A stretch of 52,448 bases of DNA from a virus (Duplodnaviria; Caudoviricetes), in IMG/VR virus record IMGVR_UViG_3300036852_000332, positions 1 to 52,448 of that record. One strand, given 5' to 3'. Below are positions 44,541 to 52,448 of this stretch, piece after piece. The notes under the pieces were generated by a model, which saw nothing but the letters and a program-made list of their open reading frames with translations, was not told where the DNA came from and ran no database searches. The translations under genes were made by a program, and so were the position numbers. The number at the start of each line of letters is the position of its first letter. The first letter of the stretch is position 1.

Positions 44541-45292
44541 CCGTCCAGGCGATGGCGTACGTGATCGAGCACTCGCGCGCCGACACGATGGCGACCTACG
44601 CGGTCCAGTTCACCCTGGCGAACTACCACGACCGCGAGACCGGCACGGTCGGCCCGGTCGGCCTCAGCCGGCTCGCCAAGGAGTGCCGCTGCGCCCGCTC
44701 GACCGTGCAGGAAGCCATCGTGAGGCTGGTCGAACTGGGCGAGGTGGTCATCATCGACCAGGGCGGCCAAGGCCGCGGACGGTCCAAGACGTACTGCTTC
44801 CCCCGCTTCGATAAAAGGCCGCTCACCGGCCTTTTAGGTCGGCCGGAGTCGGTCTGGCTCGCCGATGATCCACAGGTTCCACAGGCTGTGGACGAAATTG
44901 ATCCACAGGCCGAGAAAAGGCCGGAAAGTGTAGGGAAAGGTACCGGCAGCCGGTCATCACGTATAAGGAATAACCAAGATCCGAGTACCCCTACGCGCGC
45001 ACGCGCGAGAGCAAACGGCGACGATCCACAGCCACAGTCCACAGCCCCCTACCGCCACGACCCGGCGCCACGACCCGGCCACGACCCGGCCGCGTGCGCG
45101 CTGTGCGCCGACCCATCTGGCAAGCCCGCCCCCGCCGAGGCCCGCCGCGGGTGGCGCGAGGCCGTCGGTGCGCGGCCGAACGACTGGCCCGACGGTCCCG
45201 CTGAGCCGCCGCCGCTGGACTCTGAAGCCGAACGCGAGCGGCAGAAGACGGTGCTGGCCGAGCTGATCGAGAAGGGCGGCGAGCGGCCGTGA
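44537..45292 (+). CDS. replication initiator / replisome organizer (N-terminal wHTH)
   Basis: LAN.H....LA..C.....TV...I..L...G.V pattern; internal iteron-like repeats. Confidence 0.7.
   Translation: MTVQAMAYVIEHSRADTMATYAVQFTLANYHDRETGTVGPVGLSRLAKECRCARSTVQEAIVRLVELGEVVIIDQGGQGRGRSKTYCFPRFDKRPLTGLLGRPESVWLADDPQVPQAVDEIDPQAEKRPESVGKGTGSRSSRIRNNQDPSTPTRARARANGDDPQPQSTAPYRHDPAPRPGHDPAACALCADPSGKPAPAEARRGWREAVGARPNDWPDGPAEPPPLDSEAERERQKTVLAELIEKGGERP
44813..45043. other. putative replication origin with DnaA-box-like repeats
   Basis: Six nnnTCCACA 9-mers (one inverted) and three AAAAGGCCG copies (one inverted). Confidence 0.6.
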
Positions 45293-45543
45293 CCGAGCGC
45301 TACGTCCCCGACCAGCCAGCCGTCGACTGGGCCCGTGCAGCGGTCGAGCACACCCTTGCGCGGATGGAGCAGCACCATCGCTGGATGGTCGACCACCGCC
45401 CGCCGGCCGAGTCGGCCGGCTACCTCAAGGCGATCCGTTGGGCCCGCCGTTCCCTGATCGGTGGGCAGGGCTGCGTGATCGCCGCGTTCGACCAGCGCCT
45501 GCCCGAGATCGCCCGGCTGATCGACCAGGGTGAGCCCCGGTGA
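45289..45543 (+). CDS. hypothetical protein
   Basis: GTGA coupling. Confidence 0.65.
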   Translation: MTERYVPDQPAVDWARAAVEHTLARMEQHHRWMVDHRPPAESAGYLKAIRWARRSLIGGQGCVIAAFDQRLPEIARLIDQGEPR

Positions 45544-45693
45544 CCCCGCGCTGGCTGGTCACCGGCGAGCGGCAGTGGTGCGCGACCGAGCGCCGCTGGT
45601 TCGACCCGTTCACCTGCCGCGGCGCGTGCCTGGCGTGCCGGCGGCAGCTGATTGCCGAAGCCGATCGACGACTCGCACGACAGGAGGCCTGAC

Positions 45694-45906
45694 ATGGCCG
45701 GCAAGAACGTGACTGACCCCGAGCTGAAGGCGATGGCCGTGATCGCCGAGGCCCTCGACGACCTGACCGTCCCGACCCGCTACCGGGTGGTCGAGTGGCT
45801 CAACGGCCGCTACGGCCCTGACGGCCCGCCGGTGGCGAGCTTCGACGGCGGCCCGAAGGTCCCCGTCGGCCAGTCCGACGGCCGCGTGGTCGAGGCGCAC
45901 CCGTGA
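45694..45906 (+). CDS. hypothetical protein
   Basis: AGGAGG RBS; DPEL.AM..I..AL..L....R.RV..WL..RY. Confidence 0.7.
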   Translation: MAGKNVTDPELKAMAVIAEALDDLTVPTRYRVVEWLNGRYGPDGPPVASFDGGPKVPVGQSDGRVVEAHP

Positions 45907-46012
45907 GCCCGCACGACGGGCGCGGCTACCGGCGCCGGTCCACGACGTTGCCGTACTTTCAGTGGCTGGTCGCGCTGCTGTGTGGCTGCGAGCGGCGCGC
46001 GGGGGTCGAGCC

Positions 46013-46225
46013 GTGAGCCGCGCGCCGATGACCGCAGCCTGGCTGGACGCGAAGCTCGACCGTGCCGAGCGGACCATCGAGCGGATCGAGCAGACCGTCC
46101 AGAAGCTGGAACACAACCCGGTCGCTGGCCCGCTCGTCGGGTTGCTGGTGGACGCGCGGATCTCGCTGGGTGACCTGCCGGTCCTGGCCGAAGAGCTGCG
46201 CGCCGCGTGGAAGGCGAACCCGTGA
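46013..46225 (+). CDS. hypothetical coiled-coil protein
   Basis: Coupled to the next ORF. Confidence 0.55.
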   Translation: MSRAPMTAAWLDAKLDRAERTIERIEQTVQKLEHNPVAGPLVGLLVDARISLGDLPVLAEELRAAWKANP

Positions 46226-46587
46226 GCTTCCAGCTCCTCGCCGCGCCGGAGCCCCAGCCCGGCCGCGCCGACCTGGACCGCGTCGAGGCCGAGGCCGGCC
46301 AGTTCGTCGCCGGCGGCTGGGTGGCCCGGACGGTGCCCGGCCTGGTCGCCGAGGTCAAACGGCTCCGGGCCGAGGTCGAGGAGTGGAAGATGACTGCCAT
46401 GGCCGGGGCGGAAGTCCTCGCCGACCGTGACGCCGAGCTGCGCGCCGCCCGCGAGGCGATCGAGGCGGGAAGGGCGTTCCTCGTAGCGCTGGCCGACCCT
46501 GAGCCGCTTCGGCACTGGACGGAGGGACGCTACCAACGGCTTGCGGAGAAGCTCGCCGCCTACGACCGGGCGGTGAGCGGGCCGTGA
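46222..46587 (+). CDS. hypothetical protein (Ead/Ea22-like helix)
   Basis: ARTVP.LVAEV.RLRAE motif. Confidence 0.65.
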   Translation: MSFQLLAAPEPQPGRADLDRVEAEAGQFVAGGWVARTVPGLVAEVKRLRAEVEEWKMTAMAGAEVLADRDAELRAAREAIEAGRAFLVALADPEPLRHWTEGRYQRLAEKLAAYDRAVSGP

Positions 46588-46766
46588 GCCATCCGACCGA
46601 CCTTGACCTCGTGGCGTGGCTTGATGGCGAGGAGCGCGGGGAGCCCGAGCACGGTGAGGTCGCCTGTCACGTCATGGCCTGCACGACCTGCGCCGGGGTG
46701 CTGCTCGCCCAGGGCGACGCCGCCTACGAGCTGCTGCGTACGACCTGGCGGGAGCTGGCCCCGTGA
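46584..46766 (+). CDS. stand-alone zf-HC2 (ZAS anti-sigma-like) peptide
   Basis: H....L.AWLDGE.......V..H...C..C. Confidence 0.7.
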   Translation: MSHPTDLDLVAWLDGEERGEPEHGEVACHVMACTTCAGVLLAQGDAAYELLRTTWRELAP

Positions 46767-47386
46767 GCCGCGCGCCCCGTCACCTGGCCCGCCGCGGCCA
46801 GCCGTGGTGGTTCCCGACCCTGCTGCTACGCGGCCTGTACGTGTTCTGCGCGGCGGCGTTCCTGGCGGCACTGGTCTACCGGCCCGAGCCGTTGGCGCCG
46901 GTGCTGGTGCCGCCGGCGGCCGCGCTCGACCCCAGCCCCGCCGTGCCGTTCGGCGCGGGCGAACCCGCAGGAGGTGGCCAGTGGTCTTCCACGCCGACGC
47001 CAAGCGCGACCGTGCCGTCGCCCGCCTCGCGAAATGGACCGGACGCCTCGACCGGTGGGACCCGAACAGCCCGCTTGGCCGCTTCGCCGCCACTCGCCGT
47101 GACGCCGCCATCCGTGACGTTCGGCATGCCGCCAAGCGCGACGTCCTCGCCGGGGTTGACGCCGACCACGTCGGCTTCCGGGTCCCCGCCGACCGCGACC
47201 GTGCCGCTGCCACCTTCAACGCCATCGCCCACTACCGCGCCGCCGTCACCGGCCTCGCCGGCTACCTCGACCACGCGGCCGGACTCCGACGGCCAGCGGC
47301 CGGTGAAGGCGTGCCGGGTCCACAAGAAGCCCCGCCCGTGCGTCGACGGTTATGGAAACGGAAGCAGTCGTGATCGACCTGAATGA
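46763..47386 (+). CDS. membrane protein with a Pro/Ser/Thr-rich tail
   Basis: One N-terminal TM helix, then a PST-rich low-complexity region. Confidence 0.65.
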   Translation: MSRAPRHLARRGQPWWFPTLLLRGLYVFCAAAFLAALVYRPEPLAPVLVPPAAALDPSPAVPFGAGEPAGGGQWSSTPTPSATVPSPASRNGPDASTGGTRTARLAASPPLAVTPPSVTFGMPPSATSSPGLTPTTSASGSPPTATVPLPPSTPSPTTAPPSPASPATSTTRPDSDGQRPVKACRVHKKPRPCVDGYGNGSSRDRPE

Positions 47387-47657
47387 GCAGGCGGTCGTCC
47401 GCGAGATCGTCCAAGCCTGGCTCTCGTGGCACTCCCAGCACATGGAGGTCCCCGCCGCCGAGCTTCCTCATGTCCGCTACGCGCACATCGCGGCCAAGGT
47501 CTTCTACGCCGAGCTGCGCGCCGCCCGTGAGGTCGTCGAGAGTACCCGAGGCCACCTCGCCGCGTTGGACGACCCGGAACCGCTTCCGCACTGGATTGGG
47601 CACCGCCACAAGCTGGCCGCCGCCGCCCTTGCCGCCTACGACCAGGCCGTCTCATGA
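47370..47657 (+). CDS. hypothetical protein, C-terminus paralogous to 46222-46587
   Basis: AELRAARE...DPEPL.HW...LAAYD.AVS. Confidence 0.65.
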   Translation: MIDLNEQAVVREIVQAWLSWHSQHMEVPAAELPHVRYAHIAAKVFYAELRAAREVVESTRGHLAALDDPEPLPHWIGHRHKLAAAALAAYDQAVS

Positions 47658-47872
47658 CCGCCGAGGGGCTGGCCGGTGGCGACCTCGCCCGGGACCTGCG
47701 CCGCGTCGCCGCCCAGCTCGACGCCGGCCGCCGCTTGGCCGCCGAGGTCGCCGAGGGCCACCGGCCCGGCCACACCCGGTACAACCCGCCGTGCCGGGTG
47801 TGCGCGGCCCTGCGCAACTGCGAGGTCGCCGGCCTGTGGACGCCCGAACCCGAGAAGGAGCTGAAGCTATGA
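47654..47872 (+). CDS. hypothetical protein
   Basis: H...H.....C.VC; coupled on both sides. Confidence 0.6.
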   Translation: MTAEGLAGGDLARDLRRVAAQLDAGRRLAAEVAEGHRPGHTRYNPPCRVCAALRNCEVAGLWTPEPEKELKL

Positions 47873-48201
47873 CCGAGAAGCTGGGGATGTGCTCGAAGTG
47901 CGACCGGCGCTGGGGCGGCGACCGCCAAGCGCACTGCCCGACCTGTTGTGCACATTTCGGCAGCTTGCGGGCGTTCGATCTGCACCTTGGCCCGTTGCCC
48001 GCGTCGGGTCCGCAGTCCTGCCGCGACCCCGCGAGGCTCCGCCGCCGCGACGGCACCCCGAAGCTTGTCGACCACGACGGCGTCTGGTTGGAGCCGGCCC
48101 GGAAATCTGAGTGGGCCGCCGCGACACGGCAGCGAGGGTCAGGACGGCGCGCGGCGGCCCAAACGTCCCCGGATGAGTCCGGGGTCGGTGAGGCCTCGTG
48201 A
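47869..48201 (+). CDS. Zn-finger protein (FDxH type)
   Basis: C..C...WGG...HC..C...F.S..AFD.H...C.DP. Confidence 0.7.
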   Translation: MTEKLGMCSKCDRRWGGDRQAHCPTCCAHFGSLRAFDLHLGPLPASGPQSCRDPARLRRRDGTPKLVDHDGVWLEPARKSEWAAATRQRGSGRRAAAQTSPDESGVGEAS

Positions 48202-48359
48202 CCGCGCCCGCGCCGCCGGGGACGCTGCGCCCCTGCGACGGCTCCGGCACGCACGGCTGGGTCGAACCCGCCGTCGTTCCCACCATCTCGGCCCGCCTCG
48301 CCGTGTGGACGTGCGAGGCGGGCGGGTGCCGCTGGAAGCTGGGCGGTGACGGCCGGTGA
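48198..48359 (+). CDS. small hypothetical protein
   Basis: GTGA coupling on both sides. Confidence 0.5.
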   Translation: MTAPAPPGTLRPCDGSGTHGWVEPAVVPTISARLAVWTCEAGGCRWKLGGDGR

Positions 48360-48439
48360 CCGGCTACCTCGCCTGGCTGCTGGTCTGGCTGCTCATCGCC
48401 CGGCTGGTGGGCTGGCTCACCGGGGGGCGGACCACGTGA
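48356..48439 (+). CDS. 27-aa single-TM peptide
   Basis: MTGYLAWLLVWLLIARLVGWLTGGRTT; GTGA overlaps at both ends. Confidence 0.55.
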   Translation: MTGYLAWLLVWLLIARLVGWLTGGRTT

Positions 48440-49581
48440 CCGCCGTCCTCGTCACCGGCCTGGCCGGCTGCGTGGCCGCCGCCGCGCTCACCTTCGGTGT
48501 GCCCCTGGTCCACTTCGTCACCGTCTGGTTCCGGCTGACGACGATCGCGACCACCCTGGGCGCCTACGACTCTTCTCATCAGGCCGAAAGCGCCTCGCAC
48601 CCCAGGACCGGCATCCGCCCGCGCCCACCCGAACGCGGCCACGTCCGCCCCGCCCTCGGCGGCTGGGCGAACGGCCTACCGCGGTGCTGGGTCATCTACG
48701 GCAAGACCGTCCCCCCCTCCGACAAGTTCGACCGGTTCGAGCGCGAGGCCCAGCACTACACCGACCTCGCCTGGACGCTCACCCGCCGCCGCCGGGGCCG
48801 TTCCCTCTTGCTCGCCCAGGCCCCCGCCCTGCCCGAGATCCCCACCCAGCCCGAACCGGCGTTCCTCGCCCCGTGGGTCCTGCCCGTCGGCGACACCGCC
48901 TTGGGCCCGGCGGTGTGGGACGTGACCCGCGCCTACCACCGCCTGGTCGTCGGCCGCACCGGCTCGCAGAAGACCAGCCACGCCGCCTGGCTCGCCGGCT
49001 ACGCCGCCCGGATGCGCCACTGGACCGTCATCCGGATCGACCCCGAGGTCGACGACCCGCCCGGCTGGCTCGACAAGCTCCGCACCCTCGACGCCGCCCT
49101 CGAACGCCAACCCGCCGACGTCACACCGCTGCACCGCTACCTCGTCCTGGTCGACGAGTTCGACGACGTCATGGACGACGCCAAGACCGACGACCACCCG
49201 GCCGAGCGCGCCCAGTGCCGCCGCCTGGTCCGCAAGCTCCTCCGCCACGGCGGCAAGCGCGGCATCCACGTCGACGCCTACGCCCAGGACCCCCGCGCCA
49301 AGGTGCTCGGGTCGGGGATCCGGTCGAAGTTCGGCGCCCGCGCCGCCCTCGCCCTCGACCACGCCGAAATACCGCTCGTCCTCAACCAGACCGTCTCGTA
49401 CGCCCCCGACCAGCCCGGCCGGGGCTGGTTCCTCGTGCCCGGCGCGAAGCCCGCCGACACCCGGTTCCACACCGTCCCGATCCAGCAGCCCCAACCGTAT
49501 TTTCATCCCGCCGATCAGGGGGCGCCGACGACCCGCGTCACCCGAATCTACGGCGCCATCGGCGCGAAAAAGTGGAGGTAA
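48436..49581 (+). CDS. FtsK/SpoIIIE (TraB-like) P-loop ATPase with N-terminal TM
   Basis: HRLVVGRTGSQKT, LVLVDE, R.G.KRGIH...Q.P and PGRG. Confidence 0.82.
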   Translation: MTAVLVTGLAGCVAAAALTFGVPLVHFVTVWFRLTTIATTLGAYDSSHQAESASHPRTGIRPRPPERGHVRPALGGWANGLPRCWVIYGKTVPPSDKFDRFEREAQHYTDLAWTLTRRRRGRSLLLAQAPALPEIPTQPEPAFLAPWVLPVGDTALGPAVWDVTRAYHRLVVGRTGSQKTSHAAWLAGYAARMRHWTVIRIDPEVDDPPGWLDKLRTLDAALERQPADVTPLHRYLVLVDEFDDVMDDAKTDDHPAERAQCRRLVRKLLRHGGKRGIHVDAYAQDPRAKVLGSGIRSKFGARAALALDHAEIPLVLNQTVSYAPDQPGRGWFLVPGAKPADTRFHTVPIQQPQPYFHPADQGAPTTRVTRIYGAIGAKKWR

Positions 49582-49586
49582 AAACC

Positions 49587-49868
49587 ATGGGACGTAACAC
49601 CGCCGACTACCTCGCCGCCGCCCTCAGAGCGGCCGGCGCGCCCGACGACATGATCGCCAAGGCCCGCGACGGCTACTACGACGACTACCGCTCCCCGCTG
49701 GCGACGCCGATCACCCAGCTCGTCGGAGACGCCGTCTCCTTCGGCCTGGCCGAGATCGCCGAACGGGCCCGCCGTGGCGACTTCGACGCCACCCGCGAGG
49801 AGGCCGACGCCTGGGCGCGCTCTGACGACGGCCAGGAGACGTTCCGCCAGCTCACCGAAGGCAGGTAG
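49587..49868 (+). CDS. hypothetical protein
   Basis: GGAGG RBS; A..GYYDDY.SPL.TP...L...G.FDAT.EE.D.W. Confidence 0.75.
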   Translation: MGRNTADYLAAALRAAGAPDDMIAKARDGYYDDYRSPLATPITQLVGDAVSFGLAEIAERARRGDFDATREEADAWARSDDGQETFRQLTEGR

Positions 49869-49871
49869 GCC

Positions 49872-50030
49872 ATGAGGAACATGACCATCGGGCAGATGAT
49901 CGTCTACGTCTTCGCCTTCCTTGTGCTGGCCGTGGTCGTCACGAGGCTGGTCGACAAGTACGTCGGCGTCCCTGTCGCCCACCAGATCTTCCAGGCCATC
50001 GCCGACATGTTCACCGGCGCGTCGAAGTGA
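49872..50030 (+). CDS. small membrane protein (52 aa)
   Basis: TM helix followed by an amphipathic helix. Confidence 0.65.
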   Translation: MRNMTIGQMIVYVFAFLVLAVVVTRLVDKYVGVPVAHQIFQAIADMFTGASK

Positions 50031-50188
50031 TGACCATGGCCGAGTACGAGGCATGGCTGGCACGCCAGTACGACGTCCTCTTGCTGCGCGCCGAGGCCCT
50101 TGAGCGGATGCAAGTCAACGTCGGCCTGCTCGCGGAGAACGAGGAGCTGAAGCGGCGGGTCCGGCAACTGGAGGAGGGCCACCAGTGA
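50030..50188 (+). CDS. small coiled-coil protein
   Basis: TGATG coupling; EN..LKRRV..LE. Confidence 0.6.
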   Translation: MTMAEYEAWLARQYDVLLLRAEALERMQVNVGLLAENEELKRRVRQLEEGHQ

Positions 50189-50415
50189 GCGCCCGGCCGC
50201 GTCCTACGGTCCGCTGTACGGGGCAGATCCACGACGACCCCAGGCATCCCGATTGGTACCGGCTCACTGAGTGCGTGACCAGAGCATCCGCACCGTGGGA
50301 AGGGCCACGCCACGGCTACTGGCGTGGCGGGCAGCAGTGGACTGACCCGACCGCGAAGCCGTGCCCCCGCTGCGGCGGCCGGGTCGAGCTGATCCCGGAG
50401 CCACCTGCCCCATGA
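50185..50415 (+). CDS. hypothetical Zn-ribbon protein
   Basis: C...C...CPRCGG; coupled on both sides. Confidence 0.6.
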   Translation: MSARPRPTVRCTGQIHDDPRHPDWYRLTECVTRASAPWEGPRHGYWRGGQQWTDPTAKPCPRCGGRVELIPEPPAP

Positions 50416-51065
50416 CCGGCCTCGACCCTGCCCTGGCCGGCGTCCTTCTGTGGACCGCCCTGGCGCTGGTCGCCGGCCTGCTCCTGCGCCGCTCACCCGC
50501 CGCCCTGCTGCTGTGGGCCGGCGCCGGGTGGGGCTTCTACCTGCTGGGCCGCAACCCCTACGCCGCCATCACCGTCCTGCTCGTCCTGGCCATGTGGATC
50601 GTGCACCGCTACGGCCTGCGCCACCTGCTCCTCTACGGCGCCCTCGCGTTCGTGTTCGCCACCGTCACCTGGGTCAACCTCGCCTCGGGCATGCTGCTGC
50701 CCGCCGCGCTGGGCGACGCGGTCGGCCGCACGGTGCGGTTCGTCGCCTTCACCGCCACCGCGTACGTCGGATGGCGGATCGTCACCCACCGCCTCGGCTA
50801 CCTCGCCAACCCGCTCGCCTGGGCGGCCGAGTCCCGCCGGGTGCAGCAGCTCGCCGAGCACAAGCGCGCCATGGGCCTGGGTAAGCGTGGCCTGGGCGCC
50901 ATCGGCCGCAAGGCCCGCGAGCTCGCCACTGGCCGACGGCAGCCCGAGCCCGCCATGCCGGTCCGCATCGTCGACGGCCCCGGAAGCGTCGAGACCCCGG
51001 CATCGGTCTCCCACGGCATCCCCGAGCCCCTGTTCAAACCCGAACCATGGTGGAGGTGGCGGTGA
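50412..51065 (+). CDS. multi-pass membrane protein (about 5 TM)
   Basis: Consecutive hydrophobic segments. Confidence 0.75.
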   Translation: MTGLDPALAGVLLWTALALVAGLLLRRSPAALLLWAGAGWGFYLLGRNPYAAITVLLVLAMWIVHRYGLRHLLLYGALAFVFATVTWVNLASGMLLPAALGDAVGRTVRFVAFTATAYVGWRIVTHRLGYLANPLAWAAESRRVQQLAEHKRAMGLGKRGLGAIGRKARELATGRRQPEPAMPVRIVDGPGSVETPASVSHGIPEPLFKPEPWWRWR

Positions 51066-51098
51066 CACCGTCGCGACGAACTGTCACAATGTGGCGAA

Positions 51099-51533
51099 AT
51101 GCGCGAAGTCGCCGTCTGGTTCCTGCTCGCCTGCCTTTCGGCCGGCCTGTTCAAGTTCGTCCTGATCCCCTGGGCGATCGGTCGGCTGCCGACCGACCGC
51201 TACCACGAACACCTCCGCTCACCCGAGTGGGCCGCCACCGTTGCTCGGCTTGGCGCCACCCGGCGTGGCCGCCGCTGCGCCGCCTGCTTAGGTACGCTCG
51301 ACTTGAACGTCCATCACGTATTTTACGTGAATCTCGGATTCGAGAGACTTTGGCAATTGGTCCGGTTATGCGACCGGCATCACCGGATGGTGCATACGGC
51401 CTCCGAGTGGGTCTTCTCAAGCAAGACGCGGGGCCTTTGGCTCACGACCCCATCCGTCATCGTCTGCACACGCCTCACGCACCTTGGCCGGCGTCAACCC
51501 CGCCGTTCCCTCGACGCGCGCTGGCGCGCGTAG
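51099..51533 (+). CDS. HNH nuclease with N-terminal TM anchor
   Basis: VAVWFLLACLSAGLFKFVLIPWAI, then Y..HL.S.EW, CAAC, L.VHH..Y...G.E....L..LC.RHH...H. Confidence 0.75.
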   Translation: MREVAVWFLLACLSAGLFKFVLIPWAIGRLPTDRYHEHLRSPEWAATVARLGATRRGRRCAACLGTLDLNVHHVFYVNLGFERLWQLVRLCDRHHRMVHTASEWVFSSKTRGLWLTTPSVIVCTRLTHLGRRQPRRSLDARWRA

Positions 51534-52063
51534 TAGCAGGTCTTGCAGTAGCGCGTCGGCGTCTTCCGCCACTTGTCGGCGGGAAAGATTCCGTCAAGCG
51601 GGTGGCCGTGCTGGCAACGTTCCCGACGTGCTATGGCTCGGGCGACGTTCACGGCGAGGGACACCGCGTCCAGGTGCGCCGGGTTGCAGCAACGGCGGTG
51701 CAGGCACGTCTTACCGCCACGGCACGCCTTATCGCGGTTGTGGCAGGTGTGGTCGACGGTAAGGCCCTCGGGGATTGGGCCGTTGGTCAGCTCCCAGACC
51801 TTGCGGTGCGCGAGGATGATCTGCTTCGGCCTGGACATCGCGCCGTAGCCGTCCGGGGTGAGACCTCCGAGCCAAGGCCAACACTCGTCCGGCCCCCGTT
51901 GGTCGACCTTGATCCAGACGCGCTGCTCGGGCGTGATATCCACCGGCTGGATACCGGTGTAGCCGTACCGCTTCCAGCGGTGGTAATCCAGCTCGCACAA
52001 GCCCCGGGCGTAGTGCTTACACTCGCAACCCGGATGGGAACAGCGGCGGGTAACCTTCGCCAT
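51494..52063 (-). CDS. free-standing HNH homing endonuclease
   Basis: Zn finger, CWPWLG, AHR.VWE, VDH.C, RRCCNPAHL..V...N and C..GH. Confidence 0.9.
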   Translation of the reverse strand: MAKVTRRCSHPGCECKHYARGLCELDYHRWKRYGYTGIQPVDITPEQRVWIKVDQRGPDECWPWLGGLTPDGYGAMSRPKQIILAHRKVWELTNGPIPEGLTVDHTCHNRDKACRGGKTCLHRRCCNPAHLDAVSLAVNVARAIARRERCQHGHPLDGIFPADKWRKTPTRYCKTCYYARQRASRERRG

Positions 52064-52140
52064 GTCGACGCCTCCACAGGGTGTCGGCCACGGCCCCGGA
52101 CGTTCACGCGTCGCGGGGCCACTCTCATGCTCATTTTCCC
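52061..52140 (-). promoter_or_regulatory. HNH-gene leader, copy 4
   Basis: GAAAAT; GGCCCCG/CGGGGCC stem; TGGCCGACAC...GGAGGCGTCGACATG. Confidence 0.7.
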
Positions 52141-52148
52141 ACAAGAAC

Positions 52149-52237
52149 GGAAGGTGCACCCCGGCCGCCGCCCTACCGCGCGCCAGCGTCGCAAGCTAGC
52201 TGGCGCGCGTCCAGTTGGCGGCCGGGGTGCACCTTCC
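52149..52237. repeat. long inverted repeat (21-bp outer and 11-bp inner perfect arms)
   Basis: 52149-52169 pairs with 52217-52237; 52177-52187 pairs with 52199-52209. Confidence 0.9.
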
Positions 52238-52448
52238 TCGGCCCCGGCGACGAAACGGCGCCCTAGGTCCGACCGCGCGTCCGCCGGCCGGGGCCGGCCC
52301 CTACCTTCCTGGGCCCCGGCGGCGACCAGGCGCCTGGGAGCGGCCCCGTGACCGGCCAGCCCCGCGGACAGCGGCACGACCTGGTCCGCCAGCACACCGT
52401 CCCGGTCACCGTCGAGCTGCACCCCGACGAGATGGACTGCACCGAACT

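Noticed and set aside
48346-48435. Longer start for the FtsK-like ORF
   Set aside because: GTG 48436 overlaps the stop of the upstream TM peptide, giving a cleaner coupled arrangement
51047-52351. 434-aa plus-strand ORF
   Set aside because: Overlaps two better-supported HNH genes; Arg/Pro-rich shadow translation
52348-52448. Terminal partial ORF as the start of the HNH at 1-117
   Set aside because: No HNH features and no terminal overlap seen, so a join cannot be shown

Overview
A high-GC, near-complete temperate actinobacteriophage genome with siphovirus gene order; no host genes were recognised. The window opens in the 3' end of the terminase-linked HNH gene. The late (+) arm runs TerS, TerL, portal, HK97 protease and major capsid; then an unusual block of about 9 kb (a glycosyltransferase-like gene, two SAM methyltransferases and a cassette of beta-rich fibre-like proteins); then head-tail connectors, major tail protein, frameshifting tail chaperone, a tape measure with an NlpC/P60 motif, minor tails, and lysis genes (DUF1906/GH25-like lysin). 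A short leftward arm carries small genes, a Xer-like tyrosine integrase and the repressor. The early (+) arm carries Cro, a gp3/RDF-like protein, two BldC-like HTH proteins, an HNH-SF2 helicase fusion, a replication initiator containing DnaA-box-like repeats, a zf-HC2 anti-sigma-like peptide, and an FtsK/TraB-like ATPase with membrane proteins and a membrane-anchored HNH. About ten nuclease-domain genes are present. Four free-standing HNH genes share a promoter plus double-hairpin leader, and conserved genes next to endonucleases show synonymously recoded patches. All calls come from reading motifs and synteny by eye; no database searches were run.
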